A DNA stretch of 64,000 nt from Squalus acanthias (Eukaryota). The DNA is taken from positions 88,412,001 to 88,476,000 of the forward strand of contig CM059435.1 in assembly GCA_030390025.1 (NCBI GenBank), in the 5' to 3' direction. Of the stretch, positions 11,956 through 25,612 are shown piece after piece. Numbering within the stretch: position 1 is the first letter of the stretch; the number at the start of each line of letters is the position of its first letter. A program made the translations under genes and the position numbers. The notes beneath the pieces were generated by a model, which was given only the letters and a program-made list of their open reading frames with translations, was not told the origin of the DNA and searched no databases.

Positions 11956-12089
11956 TTAATGGATGTTTAAAACAAATATTCATCGTTAAAACCTGCTTGT
12001 TCAAGTACTTAGTCTGGTTTGGGCATGTATTGCTATTTCCAGTTTTACAGGGTCCTGAACAGGAGTTGGTGATTTCATAATTTTAGTTC

Positions 12090-12301
12090 CCTTCTCTTGG
12101 TTAATAATTATCGCTTAACCAACACCACTAAAACCAGATTAACTGGTCATTCAACTCATTGCTGTTTGTGGGACCTTGACTGTGTGCATATTGGCTGCCA
12201 CTTTTGCCTACAAAACAACTGTGACCATTGTGATTCATTGACTGTAAAGCGCTTTGAGACACTTCGAGGATGTGAAAGGCACTATAGAAAAGCAAGTTCT
12301 C
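12090..12301 (+). mobile_element. SacSINE1-like SINE 3' half, degenerate
   Basis: cattgctgtttgtgggacc..ttggctgcc..ctgtaaagcgctttgagac..gtgaaaggcactata. Confidence 0.8.
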
Positions 12302-13315
12302 TGAATTTACTCCCCGCTCAGTGCAGCGTCACGCTGGGGTACAATTCTTTGCATGTTTTCTCCGCCTCTAGTTGCTGACTCATTGCTGGGGTACAATTCC
12401 ATGGATGCTGAGCTGAATTGTGGCACCCCTTCTGAGATCAGCCAACTTAGCACAACCCAGGGATCAAATCTGGGGTTTTTCCTGGTTTGTTTACATCAGG
12501 TCGAAATTTAGCAACTTAGCCGTCATGGGGAGCAGGTTGATGTTTCTGTGTGTAAGGGGACTGATAACAGCTTTACTGTCTCGCCTTATGTGGATGTGAC
12601 GTGTTAAAGAATTAGATTGATGTTGACTTTACTGCGCCGATGTCAGGAATATAGAAACAGGATTTGGATTAGCACCAGTGAGATTTGCCTGCTTAGTTTC
12701 TTGTTTTTTCTTCCCCCCCCCCCACTCCTTTAAACCCAACTCTGTTTCTTTGTAATTTGTTGAGACTGCAGTTCTCTGTTCACAATTCCTTGCACAAATT
12801 ATTTTACTTGTGTGTCCTCACTATTGTCATCCTGCAAACCCAGGCTGTCTTGTGCACAATAACTAACATTGATGTACACACACTTTCTGAACCATTTCAG
12901 TTACGGTATTCCAACAGCTGCTGTTTGCATCACCTTCACTGAAAGTTAAAACTTTCCTCCTTGTTTTAAACATTTATATTGGCTGCCAAAGACAAAGGCT
13001 TAGATTTGCTTTAATCCCACTGCGGAACTATTTAAAACACAGTTTTAATGTGAAAGTTATTTAAAACTGCATGCTGCATTGATTCATCGAAGGAAGGAGC
13101 AAGTCAGCTGTGAGCTTCTGAAAGGAACGCTAAAAGATAGTTGAATCAAACGAGTTCCAGCACTGTGGATGGAGTAACCAAAAGCCAACGTGTAGTTAGT
13201 CCACACCTAGGCTGCGATTTCGCCAGCCGTGGCGAGTCCGGTGCGGCCGGAGTAGACAGCGGTCTCAAACTCCGCACCTGTCTTCATCCCGCCTCCTCTA
13301 AGTGATTTTGCCCTG

Positions 13316-13850
13316 TTTTTTTTAATTTGTTTATGGGATGTGGGCGTTGCTGGCAAGGCCAGCATTCATTGCCCATTCCTAGTTGCCCTTGAGAAGGTGG
13401 TGGTGAGCCGCCTTCTTGAACCGCTGCAGTCCGTGTGGTGAAGGTGCTCCCACAGTGCTGTTAGGGAGGGAGTTCCAGGATTTTGACCCAGCGACGATGA
13501 AGGATCGGCGATATACTTCTAAGTCAGGATGATGTGCGACTTGGAGGGGAACTTGGAGGTGGTGGTTTTCCCATGCACCTGCTGCCCTTGTCCTTCTAGG
13601 TGGAAGAGGTCGCGGGTTTGGGAGGTGCTGCCGAAGAAGCCTTGGCGAGTTGCTGCAGTGCATCTTGTAGATGGTACACACTGCAGCCACGGTACGCCGG
13701 TGGTGGAGGGAGTGAATGTTTAAGGTGGTGGATGGGGTGCCAATCAAGAGGGCTGCTTTGTCCTGGATGGTGTCGAGCTTCTTGAGTGTTGTTGAAGCTG
13801 CACTCATCCAGACAAGTGGAGAGTATTCCATCACACTCCTTACTTGTGCC
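13316..13850 (-). mobile_element. CR1-Zenon-like LINE 3' fragment nested in the Harbinger
   Basis: AQVRSVMEYSPLVW..LDTIQDKAALLIG..HSLHHRRTVAAVCTIYKMH and an A-rich tail; same family as 39283-39895. Confidence 0.8.
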
Positions 13851-14029
13851 AGTGTATTGGGCTTGTTAAGCCCACCGTGCGAGGTTTCTGGCCAATTAAA
13901 AGGAAGCGGGTCTGATGATGTGTCATCAGCCAGTTTCCTTAAAGGGGCCATGTCCACATTCATTTTGACAGTTGTGCTGTCAGTGTTCTACAACATTGAG
14001 GTGCTGCAAACACTGACGAGCACTGCACT

Positions 14030-14249
14030 AAGGTGCACGGCTGCACTCAGACTCTCCCATGACTCCCTCCATATCCTTATGGAGGGAGTCACAGCACGCA
14101 GGGAGGTTCTCTTCCCTTCCAATGGGTGGAAGAGACCTCCCCAGGAGACCAACGCAGCCTGGTTGCACATTGCACAGGAGGACACAAACAGGGATGTTGT
14201 CAGGAGGACCAGGCTGCAGTGGCGCAAACCTTTCAATGATCTCAGTTGA
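14030..14249 (+). pseudogene. Harbinger Myb/SANT-like DNA-binding protein remnant (NAIF1/MSANTD-type)
   Basis: LRLSHDSLHILMEGVTARREVLFPSNG..TNAAWLHIAQE..VVRRTRLQWRKPFNDL fits the trihelix pattern F(L)S..L..L..W..IA..R...Q.RK.(F/W)NDL. Confidence 0.75.
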
Positions 14250-14778
14250 TCACGAAACATTACTGCAAAGCCACACTCAACCTCATCCTGCTGTGCCACT
14301 CATCATGTCCCCATCATTCTGCCTTCCCTACCCTACTCCTGCACATCCTTACTCACACCAACTTACCTTGCACCTCCACCCATTTCTATCTATATTATCA
14401 CTTCTCCATCTCACTAGCCGCCCCTCACACTCCCCCTCATCCTAGTCCATTCATACCAACTAACAACACACAAGGGTAGGCACTTGGGTGTTTTAGTCAA
14501 TGGTCGTGTAAACTTTCTGTTAATGTGTTGTCAAACATTGAAATCCTTATTTTCACCACTTTGCCTTCTTGGACAGATTTGTGTGCACCTTTGAAAGTGT
14601 CTTAGTGAGCTCCAGTGAATGGTGAGACATAACATCCCCCCCCCCCCACCCCCCCCCCCCCCCCCCAATGGTGATGAGTGTGAAAGGAATGGCTTGGACA
14701 TTGCAGGGATGCTTTATGGTGCTGGTGTGGGGTGGTGCCAACCTGGTGCATCATGTAACAGCCAGGGTGTACAGTGTT

Positions 14779-15075
14779 AAGTGAAGCAAATCTGGACATG
14801 GTGAGGCCATCGCTGGCATCCCGGGCAGCAATGTGCATGGGTGATGATACCCTGTGTCCAGTGCCGCATCAGTTGATTGCGGAGAAGGTTGGTGTGGATG
14901 TTGGTGCTGCTGGTGTTGGGGGTGATCGTGTTGGGATTCTGAGGTCCAAGGTGAGATTTTTTTCCAAGGGCACCGATGCTGATGGAATAGATGGCAGGTG
15001 AGGTTGAGATGACAGAAGTAATATTTCAATGTTGAGATAGGTTGTTCCAAGGAGGTGACAGTGGATCGAGAGATT
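14779..15075 (-). pseudogene. Harbinger (HARBI1-type DDE) transposase C-terminal remnant
   Basis: RSTVTSLEQPISTLKYYFCHLN resembles the R..IE..IG.LK.RF..L motif around the catalytic E; AARDASDGLTMSRF resembles the typical C-terminus. Heavily decayed. Confidence 0.5.
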
Positions 15076-16300
15076 ACTCCAAACACTTCAAAAGTGCATA
15101 AAGCTCAAAGGTGGGTTCCAAATCATTAATGCTCCAGCTTCTAAGATTGGGAAGTGAACAGCTGTGAAATGGTAGGTTTTACACCACTTTTGCAGCTTTC
15201 ACCTATTCACAGCAATCCACAGTCATTGAGAACCCGACACACTTACCTGACGTGATAGCCGCTCTCCGGGAACCTCGTTGAAAACCTGGTAAAATGGTAA
15301 GTACATGGGAAAATGGTGCTTAACTACCTTTTAATAAGCTTTTAAGTATCTAATTTGGCTGAACCGCCGCTTGGTGTTGGGTCTGTTCAGGGATGACAAA
15401 CCCGACAATTGGGAAACTGACGAGGAGGCAGGGGTTACAGCGGGATACTGACCCGCTGTCAATCTTGGTGATTTTGACAGCGGACCTGTCTCCAAACCCG
15501 CACTCTGAGCGCCGGCAAAATTCCGGCCCTAGTGTGGCGCGCACACCATTTTGGTTTATAGCAGCTGAGGCTGTGACTGCATCCATCAGGCATAATGATG
15601 GTTTAGGGCTCAGTATTTCTGCATCATTAATTGCAGAAGTTTTAGAATTCAACGGAATTATACTGTTGTATGTGTATTTAGGTACATCAAAGTAGAAAGT
15701 ACTGCTTGGGGAATTTTCATGCAAGGCATAGAATTACTAGAGTATGTTGTGGTAGAATTTTAATTAATATTTGCTTTCCACTGATTGCATGGAAAATTTA
15801 AAACACAATAGGAAATATAATAGATCCATTAATGAGCACTGAGGTAGTGTCTTCAAAGCTTGGGTTGCTGTTACTAATGAAGAGTGATGGGGAAGGGAGA
15901 GAGAGCATCACATTGTAGAGGTTGAAAGTGGGTCATCTGGTACTTTAGGGGCATTCTCTGATAGATGGAACTTGTTGGAAAGCTGAGACTAATTGAACCA
16001 AAGAGGCTCCAGGCTGATTGGAGACATACTTGGTGAAACGATAAGAAAATAAAACTGTCAGCTGTTCCCTTTAGGGTTAGTAGAGGGCCTTTGTAGAAGG
16101 GGTGTGTATATTCCTACACGCATTGTGAATTGGGATGAAAACAGTCCTACCTTTTCTGGTTTGTGCTTCTGAATGCATGATGCAGCAACTATCTCCCAAA
16201 GTAAGCAAAAGCTTGAAAGCGTCACAGAAAAAAATAAGCTGTTGATTGTATCTTACCTTGGTGGGGAATATTCTAGAATTCTAGTTTGATGCAGTCTGTA

Positions 16301-17137
16301 CAACAACAACTTGCAATTATATAGCGGCTTTAACGTAGTAAAACATCCCAAGGCGCTTCACAGGAGCGTTATCAAACAAAATTTGACACCGGGCTATGCA
16401 AGGAGAGAGGTAAGCTTTAAGGAGCGTCTTAAAGAGGAAAGAGAGGCGGAGAGGTTTAGGGAGGGAATTCCAGAGCTTAGGGCCTCAGCAGCTGAAGGCA
16501 CGGCCGCCATTGGTGGATTGAGTAAAATCGGGGATGCGCAAGAGGCAAGAACTGGAGGAACACAGATACTTTTGAGGTTGTAGGGCTGGAGGAGATTACC
16601 GAGATAGGGAGGGCCAGGCCATGGCGGGATTTGAAAACAAGGATGAGAATTTTGAAGTAGAGGCGTTGTTTAACAGGGAGCCAATGTAGGTCAGCAAGCA
16701 CAGGGGTGATGGGTGAACGGGTCTCGGTGCGATTTAAGATACAGGCAGCAGAGTTTTGGATGATTAAGTTTACGGAGGGTGGAAGATGGGAGGCCGGCCA
16801 GGAGTGCGTTGGAATAGTCAAGTCTATCGGTAACACAGGCATGGATGAGGGTTTCAGCAGCAGATGAGCTGAGGCAGGGGCGGAGTCGGACGATGTTACG
16901 GAGGTGGAAATCGGCGGTCTTTAGTGATGGCGCGGATATGTGGTCGGAAGCTCATCTTTGGGTCAGATATGACACCAAGGTTGCGAACAGTTTGGTTCAG
17001 CCTCAGACAGTTGCCAGGGAGAGGGATGGAGTTGGTGGCTAGGAAACGGGGTTTGTGGTGGGGACCAAAGACAATGGCTTCGGTCTTCCCAATATTTAGT
17101 TGGAGGAAATATCATCCAGCACTGGATGTCGGACAAG
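16301..17137 (-). mobile_element. L2 LINE 3' fragment
   Basis: IQNSAACILNRT..ITPVLADLHWLPVKQRLYFKILILVFK; (TTG)n tail. Confidence 0.93.
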
Positions 17138-17379
17138 CACCATTTTTGAACTTAAGAAATATGCTCAAGTTAATGAAGTGCAGTAAAATAAAATATTAAG
17201 TGAATTGTTTTCCTTGTACTGATGGTAGTGCTATCTCTATCTGTTCAAGTACTAAATAGCAGGTCGTTTTGGTCGCAAATGCTTGGTACATTCACTGGTT
17301 TTCTAAAAGATACATTCAAGTTATTTAAAATACAAAGAGCGAGCAAATGCTGGAAATCTGAAATAACATTCGAGCTGAG

Positions 17380-18780
17380 GATGAGGATATATATGGCTAA
17401 TCGGATACTCTGCATGTGTGTTCACTATTGCCGATGTCAGTGGTGCCAGATCGGAATGTTGCTAAAATTGATTCTATAGAAGTAAATTCCAAAATGATCT
17501 CAGCTAGAATTAAGGCATCAAAGCTGATTGGGCTGATGGCAGTCCTACGAAGCGTCTTGGGACAATGGCATTTAACCCAGAGTGCTGAAGGAGATGGGAA
17601 TGTATTCAAGTCATTGGTTCGTACATTTAATAGTTCTTTGAGAACTGGACTTGTTCCAGTGGACTAGAGGGAGGCTCATGTAGTTCCAATATTTAAGAAG
17701 GGCAAGAAATCAGGCCCTGCGAATTATAGGCCTGTCATTTTGGCATTGGTTGTATGAAAAATGCTGGAAGGCAATATAAGGGATGTAATTAATGATCACC
17801 TGAAGAGATTGCCAGTTACTCGAAAACCCCAGCATGGCTTTAGAAAATGAGGTCCTGTCTTGCTTTGAGGAAGTAACCAAACTAGTGAATGATGGGAGTC
17901 TAACAGGTGTTGTATGCCTTGATTTCCAGAAAATAGGTGCCACATAAGTGACTGTTCGAGACGATTTCATCATTTGCAATTGGCGGTCTGATAGTATGCT
18001 GGGTATGTACCTTCTGATTGCAAGCTCATAAGGCAGCGGGTCATTATCAATAGAAGTAGAAATGGAGTCCCACAGCAGTCCATGTTGGGGCCATCGCTGT
18101 TATCCTCTTCATTAATGATTTGGATGAGGGTATTAATGGAACCATCCACATATTTGCCGATGACACACACAAACATATAGGCAGAAGTTGGGAATTTAGA
18201 CAAAGTGTAAATGGTTTTCAGGCTAACTTGGATAACTTAGGGGGATGGTCCTGTGTGTGGCAGAAGTCCTTTGGTATGGATTATGTGAATGTTAGGAATT
18301 TGGGTCTGGGAAACTTCAGGAATTTGTATACAATACAGCGATACCTAGCTACAGGAGAGGAGCCTGTGGGACATAGTTGATATATCGTTAAAGGTTCACA
18401 GTTGTAGTTGATCAGTGGCAGTCCACAAACATTGATGAAGTCATTGGGCAGGCAGATAGGGTTTTCAGTTGTATTCCTCGGACAATACAATATAAAACTA
18501 AAAATAGTATACTCAGGCTGTTCAAGGCCTTGCTGCGGCCATACTTTGGGTATTGCGTCCAGTTTTGGTCCACACTTGGTGGGAGCTATCAGGGCTCTGG
18601 AGAAGGTACAGAGGCATCTAAAATGATACCCAGTCTGCGGGCTCTTGCTGTCATTATAGTCTCATAAGAGAAGCGTAAGCTTAGAGGAGAAATGATTGAA
18701 ATTTTTTAAATGATGAGGGTATCCGATTCAGATGGAAAGGGGTGGAAGACCTAGGGGAGTATGTGTATAAAATATATGGA
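17380..18780 (+). mobile_element. Old, heavily decayed CR1 ORF2 fragment
   Basis: Remnants ccaatatttaagaagggc, aattataggcctgtca, cttgatttccagaaa, ggagtcccacag, tttgccgatgacac (FADDT), cagttttggtc. Confidence 0.8.
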
Positions 18781-18992
18781 CTAGGTGGTAGGTTGGATGT
18801 TGTATTGCTTTCCACAGAGAGTCATTGCTCTCTGAAACAGATTGCCAAATCACACAGTAATAGGGATTCTCTTCAGCACTTGGAAAGAGAGCCAGATGTG
18901 TTGCTGAGAGGAGGACATTTCCAATTATAGACAATAAGTTGAAGATTAGCTGGGACTAGAAGATTTATGGGTTATCCTGGTTGTCCTGGGGT

Positions 18993-21488
18993 CATAAGAA
19001 CATAAGAAATAGGACTAGGAGTAGGCCATACAGCCCCTCAAGCCTACTCCGATATTCAATAAGATCATGGCTGATGATCTACCTCGACTCTCCATTCCCG
19101 CCCTATCCCCATATCCATTAATTTCCTTAGCGTCCAAAATTCTATTGACTGAGCATCCACAGCCCTCTGGGGTAGAGAATTCCAAAGATTGACAACCCTC
19201 TGAGTGAAGAAATTTCTCCTCATCTCAGCTCTAAATGGCTGACCCCTTATCCTGAGACTATGATCCCTACTTCTAAACTCTCCAGCCAGGGGAAACCGCC
19301 TCTCAGCATCTACCATATCGAGCCCTCTTAAGAATTTTATACGTTTCAATGAGGTCGCCTCTCATTCTTCTTAACTCCAGAGAATAAAAGGCCATTCTAC
19401 TCAATCACTCCTCATAGGACAATCCTCTCATCCCAGGAATCAATCTAGTGAACCTTCTTGGCACCCCCTCTAAGGCAAGTATTATCCTTTCTAAGGTAAG
19501 GAGACCAAAACTGTACACAGTACTCCAGGTGTGGTCTTGCCAAAGCTCTATATAATTGCAACAAGACTTCCTTACTCTTGTACTCAAACCCCCTTGCAAT
19601 AAAGGCTAACATACCATTTGCTTTCCTAAACTAAATCTAATATAGCCTATTCCCTAGTTGATTCCTCGACATATTGTTCTAGCAAACTGACTCAAATACA
19701 TTCCATGAATTCATCCTCCCAAATCCTTTTGCCAATTTGGTTTGCCCAGTCAATATGAAGATATGTCCCCTATGATTATTGCATTACCCTTGTTGCTTAC
19801 TTCTCTAATTTCCTGATTTTTATACTCTGTCCAACACTATAACAACTGTTAGTGGGCCTATAAAGTACTCCCACCAGTGTTTTCTGTCCTTTGTTATTTC
19901 TTAGCTCCACCCATACTGATGCTACAACCTGATTTTCTGGGCTAAGATTCTTTCTCTCTACTGTTTTTATTTCATCCTTTAACATTTTGTCTATCTTTTC
20001 TGGAAGTCAAGAACCCTGGAATATTTAGTTCCCAACCTTGGTCACCCTGCAACCACATCTCAGTAATGTCTATTAAATCAAACCCATTTATCTTTGTGCC
20101 ATTAATTCATCTATCTTGTTACATAGAAGGCTGGTTCACAAAATTGAGGCTCATGGAATAGGTGGGTCAGTGGCAGCTTGGATAAGGAATTGGCTTAAGG
20201 ACAGAAAACAGCGAGTTGTAAATGCTGTTTTTCAGATTGGAGGATGGTAGACAGTGGTGTTCCCCAAGGGTCAGTGCTGGGGCCACTGCTTATATATAAA
20301 TGACCTGGATATTGGAATACAGAGTAGAATTTCTAAATTTGCCAATGACACCAAACTTGGTGTGGCAAACAGTGAGGATGATGCCAATCGACTGCAACAG
20401 GACATAGAAAGGCTAGCAGAATGGGCAGACAAGTGGCAGATGGAATTTAATACAGAGAAGTGTGAGGTGATGCATTTTGGCAGAAGGAACAGGGAGAGGC
20501 AATATGCACTTAATGGCACAGTTTTAAATAATTTGCAGGGACAGAGGGACCTGGGAGTTAATGTGCATAGGTCCCTGAAGGTGGCGGGACATATTGAGAG
20601 AGTGGTTAGCAAAGCATATGGGATTTTGGGTTTCATAAATAGAGGTATTGAGTACAAAAGTAGAGAAGTTATGCTGAACCTTTATAAAGCGCTGCTTAGG
20701 CCACAACTGGCGTATTGCGTTCAGTTCTGGTCACCACACTTTAGGAAGGATGTGAAGGCACTTGAGAGGGTGCAGAGGAGATTTACCAGAATGGTTCTGG
20801 GGATGGGGGATCTTAGCTACAAGGACAGGTTGGAGAAGCTGGATTTGTTTTCATTAGAGCAAAGGAGGTTGAGGGGTGATTTGATAGAGGTGTACAAGAT
20901 TATGTCGGGTTTGGATAGGCTAGACGGGGAAAGGCTGTTCCCACTAGTTGATGGTACAAGGACTAGGGGACACAGATTTAAGGTTTTGGGCAAGAGATAC
21001 AGGGGGGATGTGAGGAAAAACTTTTTTACGCAGTGAGTGGTGAGGACCTGGAACTCGCTGCCGACTGAAGTGGTGGAAGTGGAGACACTCAATGTCTTCA
21101 AGGGGAGATTGGATAGGCACTTGAGGGAAATAAACTTGCAGGGCTACGGGGATAGAGCGGGGGAATGGGACTGACTGGATTGCTTTGCAGGGAGCCGGCA
21201 CGGACTCGATGGGCCGAATGTCCTCCTTCTGTGCCGTTATGATTCTATGACTATGACTCTCTGAATGCTTCGTGCATTCAGATATAGCACCTTTAATTTT
21301 AACTTTGCTATTTTTCTCTGATGTGACCTTAGTCACTAATGCCCTATTACCTTTGTTAAACTCTGTCCCTACCTAACACTCGCTTTGATTTTACCCAAAT
21401 CGGTACTCTTCAGCCTTGACTTTTCTCTTTTGGCTTATAAATTTACCCTTACCTGAACCCTCCCCCCCATTTTAATTTAAAGCCCTAT
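18993..21488 (-). mobile_element. CR1 LINE with internal deletion (3' end, endonuclease, ORF1/ORF2 junction), interrupted by a + strand CR1 at 20122-21260
   Basis: RRNFFTQRVVNLWNSLP; SVWVELRNNKGQKTLVGVLYRP (APE endonuclease); sequence resumes at tgaatgcttcgtgcattcagata after the insert. Confidence 0.85.
20122..21260 (+). mobile_element. CR1 LINE 3' 1.1 kb
   Basis: [46 protein letters not shown]; tail tatgattctatgactatgactct. Confidence 0.95.
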
Positions 21489-21964
21489 AGTGTAAGGGTA
21501 TTGATAGTTAATGTTAAATGAGGAAAAAACATTGTTAATGTCGTCAGTATAATTTCAGAAAAGTGGAGGTCTGAAGTTTTTTATACTTTGCTTGAACTGT
21601 GCAAATACTCATCAGTACAATCGCAGATTTTATCCTGCCAAACTGGGGATATGTCCTGAGAAGATTTTGAGCTGTACAATAGAAAGTAGTACCGGTAGTT
21701 TCAGATCTCTGAGATTGGAACAATTTGAAGCGATGAATCGATTAATCTCGTAATTAAAATTTTTATTCTGTTAATCATGGTTTTAGTAGCATATTGAATT
21801 GCTCCATTACTGCATCCATCTCATTCAAATGTGTCTTATTACTGATAATATCATTGAAAAAAAATCCCAGCATAAAAACCTTTATTTTTCTATTTTCCCA
21901 AGACATTTGCTTGACTGGGTAGGCACAGACTCTAGCTTTAGGACCTGGAATGGTCATTCTGCTT

Positions 21965-22509
21965 GGGGTGAAGTTGTGATTTCACTCACTGCTCAGCCAC
22001 TGCTTCCGACCGGCCTTCTCTCTCCTCTCCTCTCCTCCCCTCCCCTCCCCTCACGCTGGCCCCTCAGGCTCTCCCTCAGGTGGCTGCCACTCCTACCTCA
22101 TTCACACTCAACAGCTCCATTATCTGCCAGGGCTCCAACAGCCATGCAGATGGTATTCTCCAGTGAGACCGCTAATCTTGCAGCAGGAGGACGCCGACAC
22201 ACAACCTGCCTGCACATTCGCCCGCGCACTGCTGTCTCCCTCACAACCTGCAACCAGCTCGGTCGGCAAGGCTGACGTCAGCGTGCAAAGGTCTTCGTCC
22301 CAGCCTCTCCCGAGCCACGGCTGGATGGATAGAAGGGAGAGCAGAGGGAGCGGAGCGCACAATTCACAACTGCCCTCCATCGCCTAGTCAAAGAGCAGCT
22401 GAACCATTTCTCCGCTGGTCTTTTTCCGTATCGATTACTCCACTTACTGGGGTGGCTCATCCAATGTAACATCCGTAATTAACGCACGTTAAAAAGTTAA
22501 TTTCCCCCC
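21965..22509. mobile_element. Possible non-autonomous DNA transposon (GC-rich, short TIR-like ends)
   Basis: Ends ggggtgaagttg / ttaatttcccccc resemble the GGGG..AAATT termini of the small MITE at 40991; sharp GC shift relative to flanks. Confidence 0.35.
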
Positions 22510-23195
22510 AAAATTAATGTGTTAATTGCAGAAATTAACTGTGATTGGTTGACAGACCTTTATGCAGTAGTAAAATATTGGCTAAAGTGATTTCCCCCCC
22601 ACCCCTCTAGGGAGTATTAGTATTATAGCAATAAATAATCCCAGTGACAACATTGGTTGCTGTTCATCATGGCTAAATGATGTGTGCAAACCAGGCTAGC
22701 TGGAGCCAAATTGGGTTCCAAAATAAACTGCCCTGCAAAGCTCTCTTTGAGCCAGCCAATTGCATTTACAATGTATTTTGCTGTGGGTAGTGTATCTTTT
22801 TGTTGCAGTAATTGTAGTTGAGAATTTAGGGTGTTTGTGCAATTATTGACAAACATTCCTCACTTGTTTGTAAGACTTGAGGAGGGTGGGTGGTGTGTAA
22901 CTGAGACAGGTGTTGGCTTGCATTGTGACTTCGCCTCTGATCTGAAGAACAGCTTGGCAGTAGCAGTATTTTACCAATTTTATTTCTCTCTTGCAGCCAA
23001 CTCAGCAATCTTGTGTTTGACTCTTGCTGCAAGTTTAAAAATTCAGTTTGAAAATGGAAACTGAAAATTCAGTTTGCCTGTCAGTATTACAGCGCATAAA
23101 CTTTGCACCTTGCCTCTCCTGCCTCTTCCTCAGACTAAAATATGTATTTTGATTGTCAGTTTTGCCGGAAGAGCATGCGATGGTGTAAAACCACA

Positions 23196-25302
23196 GCTTG
23201 TATTTATATAGCGCCTTTAACATAGTAAAACGTCCCAAGGCGCTTCACAGGAGTGTTATAAGACAAAATATTGACACCGAGCCACATAAGAAATTAGGGC
23301 AGATGACCAAAAGCTTGGTCGAAGAGGTAGGTTTTAAGGAGCGTCTTAAAGGTGGAAAGAGAAAGGTCGCAGTACCATTATTCAAGAAGGGTAGTAGGGA
23401 TAAACCAGGGAATTACAGGCCAGTGAGCCTAACATCAGTGGTAGGGAAATTATTGGGAAAAATTCTGAGGGACAGAATCAGTCTCCACTTGGAGAAGCAA
23501 GGATTAATCAAGGATAATCAGCATGACTTTGTCAGGGGGAGATCATATCGAACCAATTTGACTGAATTTTTCGAGGGGGTGACGAGAGGTGTGGATGAGG
23601 GTAGTGCAGTTGATGTAGTCTACATGGACTTCAGTAAGGCTTTTGACAAAGTCCGCATGGGAGACTGGTCAAGAAGGTAAGAGCTCATGGGATCCAGGGC
23701 AATTTGGCACATTGGATCCAAAATTGGCTTAGTGGCAGGAGGCAGAGGGTGATGGTCGAAGGTTGTTTTTGTGACTGGAAGCCTGTGTCCAGTGGTGTAC
23801 CGCAGGGATCGGTGCTGGGTCCTTTGCTGTTTGTAGTGTACATTAATGATTTAGATATAGAAGGTATGTAGGAGGTATGATCAGTAAGTTCGCAGATGAC
23901 GCGAAAATTGGTGGAGTGGTAAATAGCGAGGAGGGAAGCCTCAGGCTACAGGACAATATAGACAGGTTGATCAGATGGACAGAACAGTGGCAAATGGAAT
24001 TTAACCCTGAAAAGTGTGAGGTGATGCATTTTGGGAGGACTAACAAGGCAAGGGAATACACAATGAATGGTAGGACCCTAGGAAGGACAGAGGATCAGAG
24101 GGACCTTGGTGTGCATGTACATAAATCCCTGAAGGCAGCAGGACAGGTAGATAAGGTGGTTAAAAAAGGCATATGGGATACTTGCCTTCATTAGCCGAGG
24201 CATAGAATATAAGAGCGGGGAGGTTATGATGGAGCTGTACAAAACGCTAGTTAGGCCACAGCTGGAATACTGTGTGCAGTTCTGGTCACCACACTTTCGG
24301 AAGGATGTGATTGCATTGGAGAGGGTGCAGAGGAGAGTCACCAGGATGTTACCTGGGCTGGAGCGTTTCAGCTATGAAGAGAGACTGGACAGACTGGGGT
24401 TGCTTTCCTTAGAGCAGAGAAGGCTGAGAGGGTACCTGATTGAGGTGTACAAAATTATGAGGGGCATAGATAGGGTAGATAGAAAGGAACTTTTCCCCTT
24501 AGTTGAGGGGTCAATAACCAGGGGGCATAGTTTCAAGGTAAGGGGCAGGAGGTTTAGAGGGGATTTGAGGAAAAACTTTTTCACCCAGAAGGTGGTTGGA
24601 ATCTGGAACTCACTGCCTGAAAGGGTGGTAGAGGCAGGAACCCTCAATATTCAAGAAGCATTTAGATGAGCACTTGAAACGCCATAGCATACAAGGCTAC
24701 GGACCAAGTGCTGGAAAATGGGATTAGAATAGACAGGGCTTGATGGCCGGCACGGACACGATGGGCCGAAGGGCCTCTTTCTGTGCTGTATAACTCTATG
24801 ACTCTATGAGAGGCGGAGAGGTTTATGAAGGGCGTTCCAGAGCTTAGGGCCTAGGCAGCTGAAGGCACAGCCACCAATGGTTGAGCAATTATAATCAGGG
24901 ATGCTCAAGAGGGCAGATATCTCTGCGGTGGGGGTTGCAGGCTGAAGGAGATTAGAGATAGGGAGGGGCGAGGCCATAGAGGGATTTGAGAACAAGGATG
25001 AAAATTTTTAAATCAAGGCATTGCTTAACCGGGAGCCAGTGTAGGTCAGCGAGCACAGGGGTGATGGGCGAACGGGACTTGGTGCGAGTTAGGACATCGG
25101 CAGCCGAGTTTTGGATGACCTCAAGTTTACGTAGGGTAGAATGTGGGAGGCCAGCCAGGAGTGCGTTAGAATAGTCAAGTCTAGCGGTAACACAGGCATG
25201 GTTGAGGGGTTTCAGCAGCAGATGAGCTGAGGCAGGAGCGGAGTTGGCAATGTTACGGAGGTGGAAGTAGGCGGTCTTAGTTATGTCAAGGATATGTGGT
25301 CA
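23196..25302 (-). mobile_element. L2 LINE fragment split by a CR1 insertion (23366-24807)
   Basis: Tail cttgtatttatatagcgcctttaac; resumes at agaggcggagaggttt; same family as 9171-9937. Confidence 0.9.
23366..24807 (+). mobile_element. CR1 LINE RT domain to 3' tail
   Basis: PLFKKGSRDKPGNYRPVSLTSVVGK..VDVVYMDFSKAFDKV..ISKFADD..; tail taactctatgactctatg. Confidence 0.95.
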
Positions 25303-25612
25303 AGACTAATCTGTTTAGTTTTGACTTGTATTTCTATTTCCCTAGACATTTGGTAACTTGATTGTGCAGTTTGACTGCCGTACATTAATTCTGTGTCATT
25401 CTTCATGAATATGTTCTCTCTGTAATAACTTGAAATTGCTGGTAGAGAATCGCAATCCAGTTTCTCATGGCATTACAGTACAAAACTGTCCATAACTTGG
25501 TACTAATTGGGAGGCTATCATTCAAACTTGTCACAGAATCACTAGTATGATTATTTGAAAAATGCCTTTCTGTTTGCTGAGTAAATAAGCTTTGTTTGCT
25601 GTAAAATACAAT

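Larger units (their letters stand above)
13210..15528. mobile_element. Degenerate PIF/Harbinger DNA transposon with Myb/SANT-like gene remnant (+) and transposase remnant (-)
   Basis: Imperfect 18-bp TIRs (ggctgcgatttcgccagc / gccggcaaaattccggcc, 13 of 18 match), 3-bp TSD CTA, and two convergent gene remnants. Confidence 0.75.
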
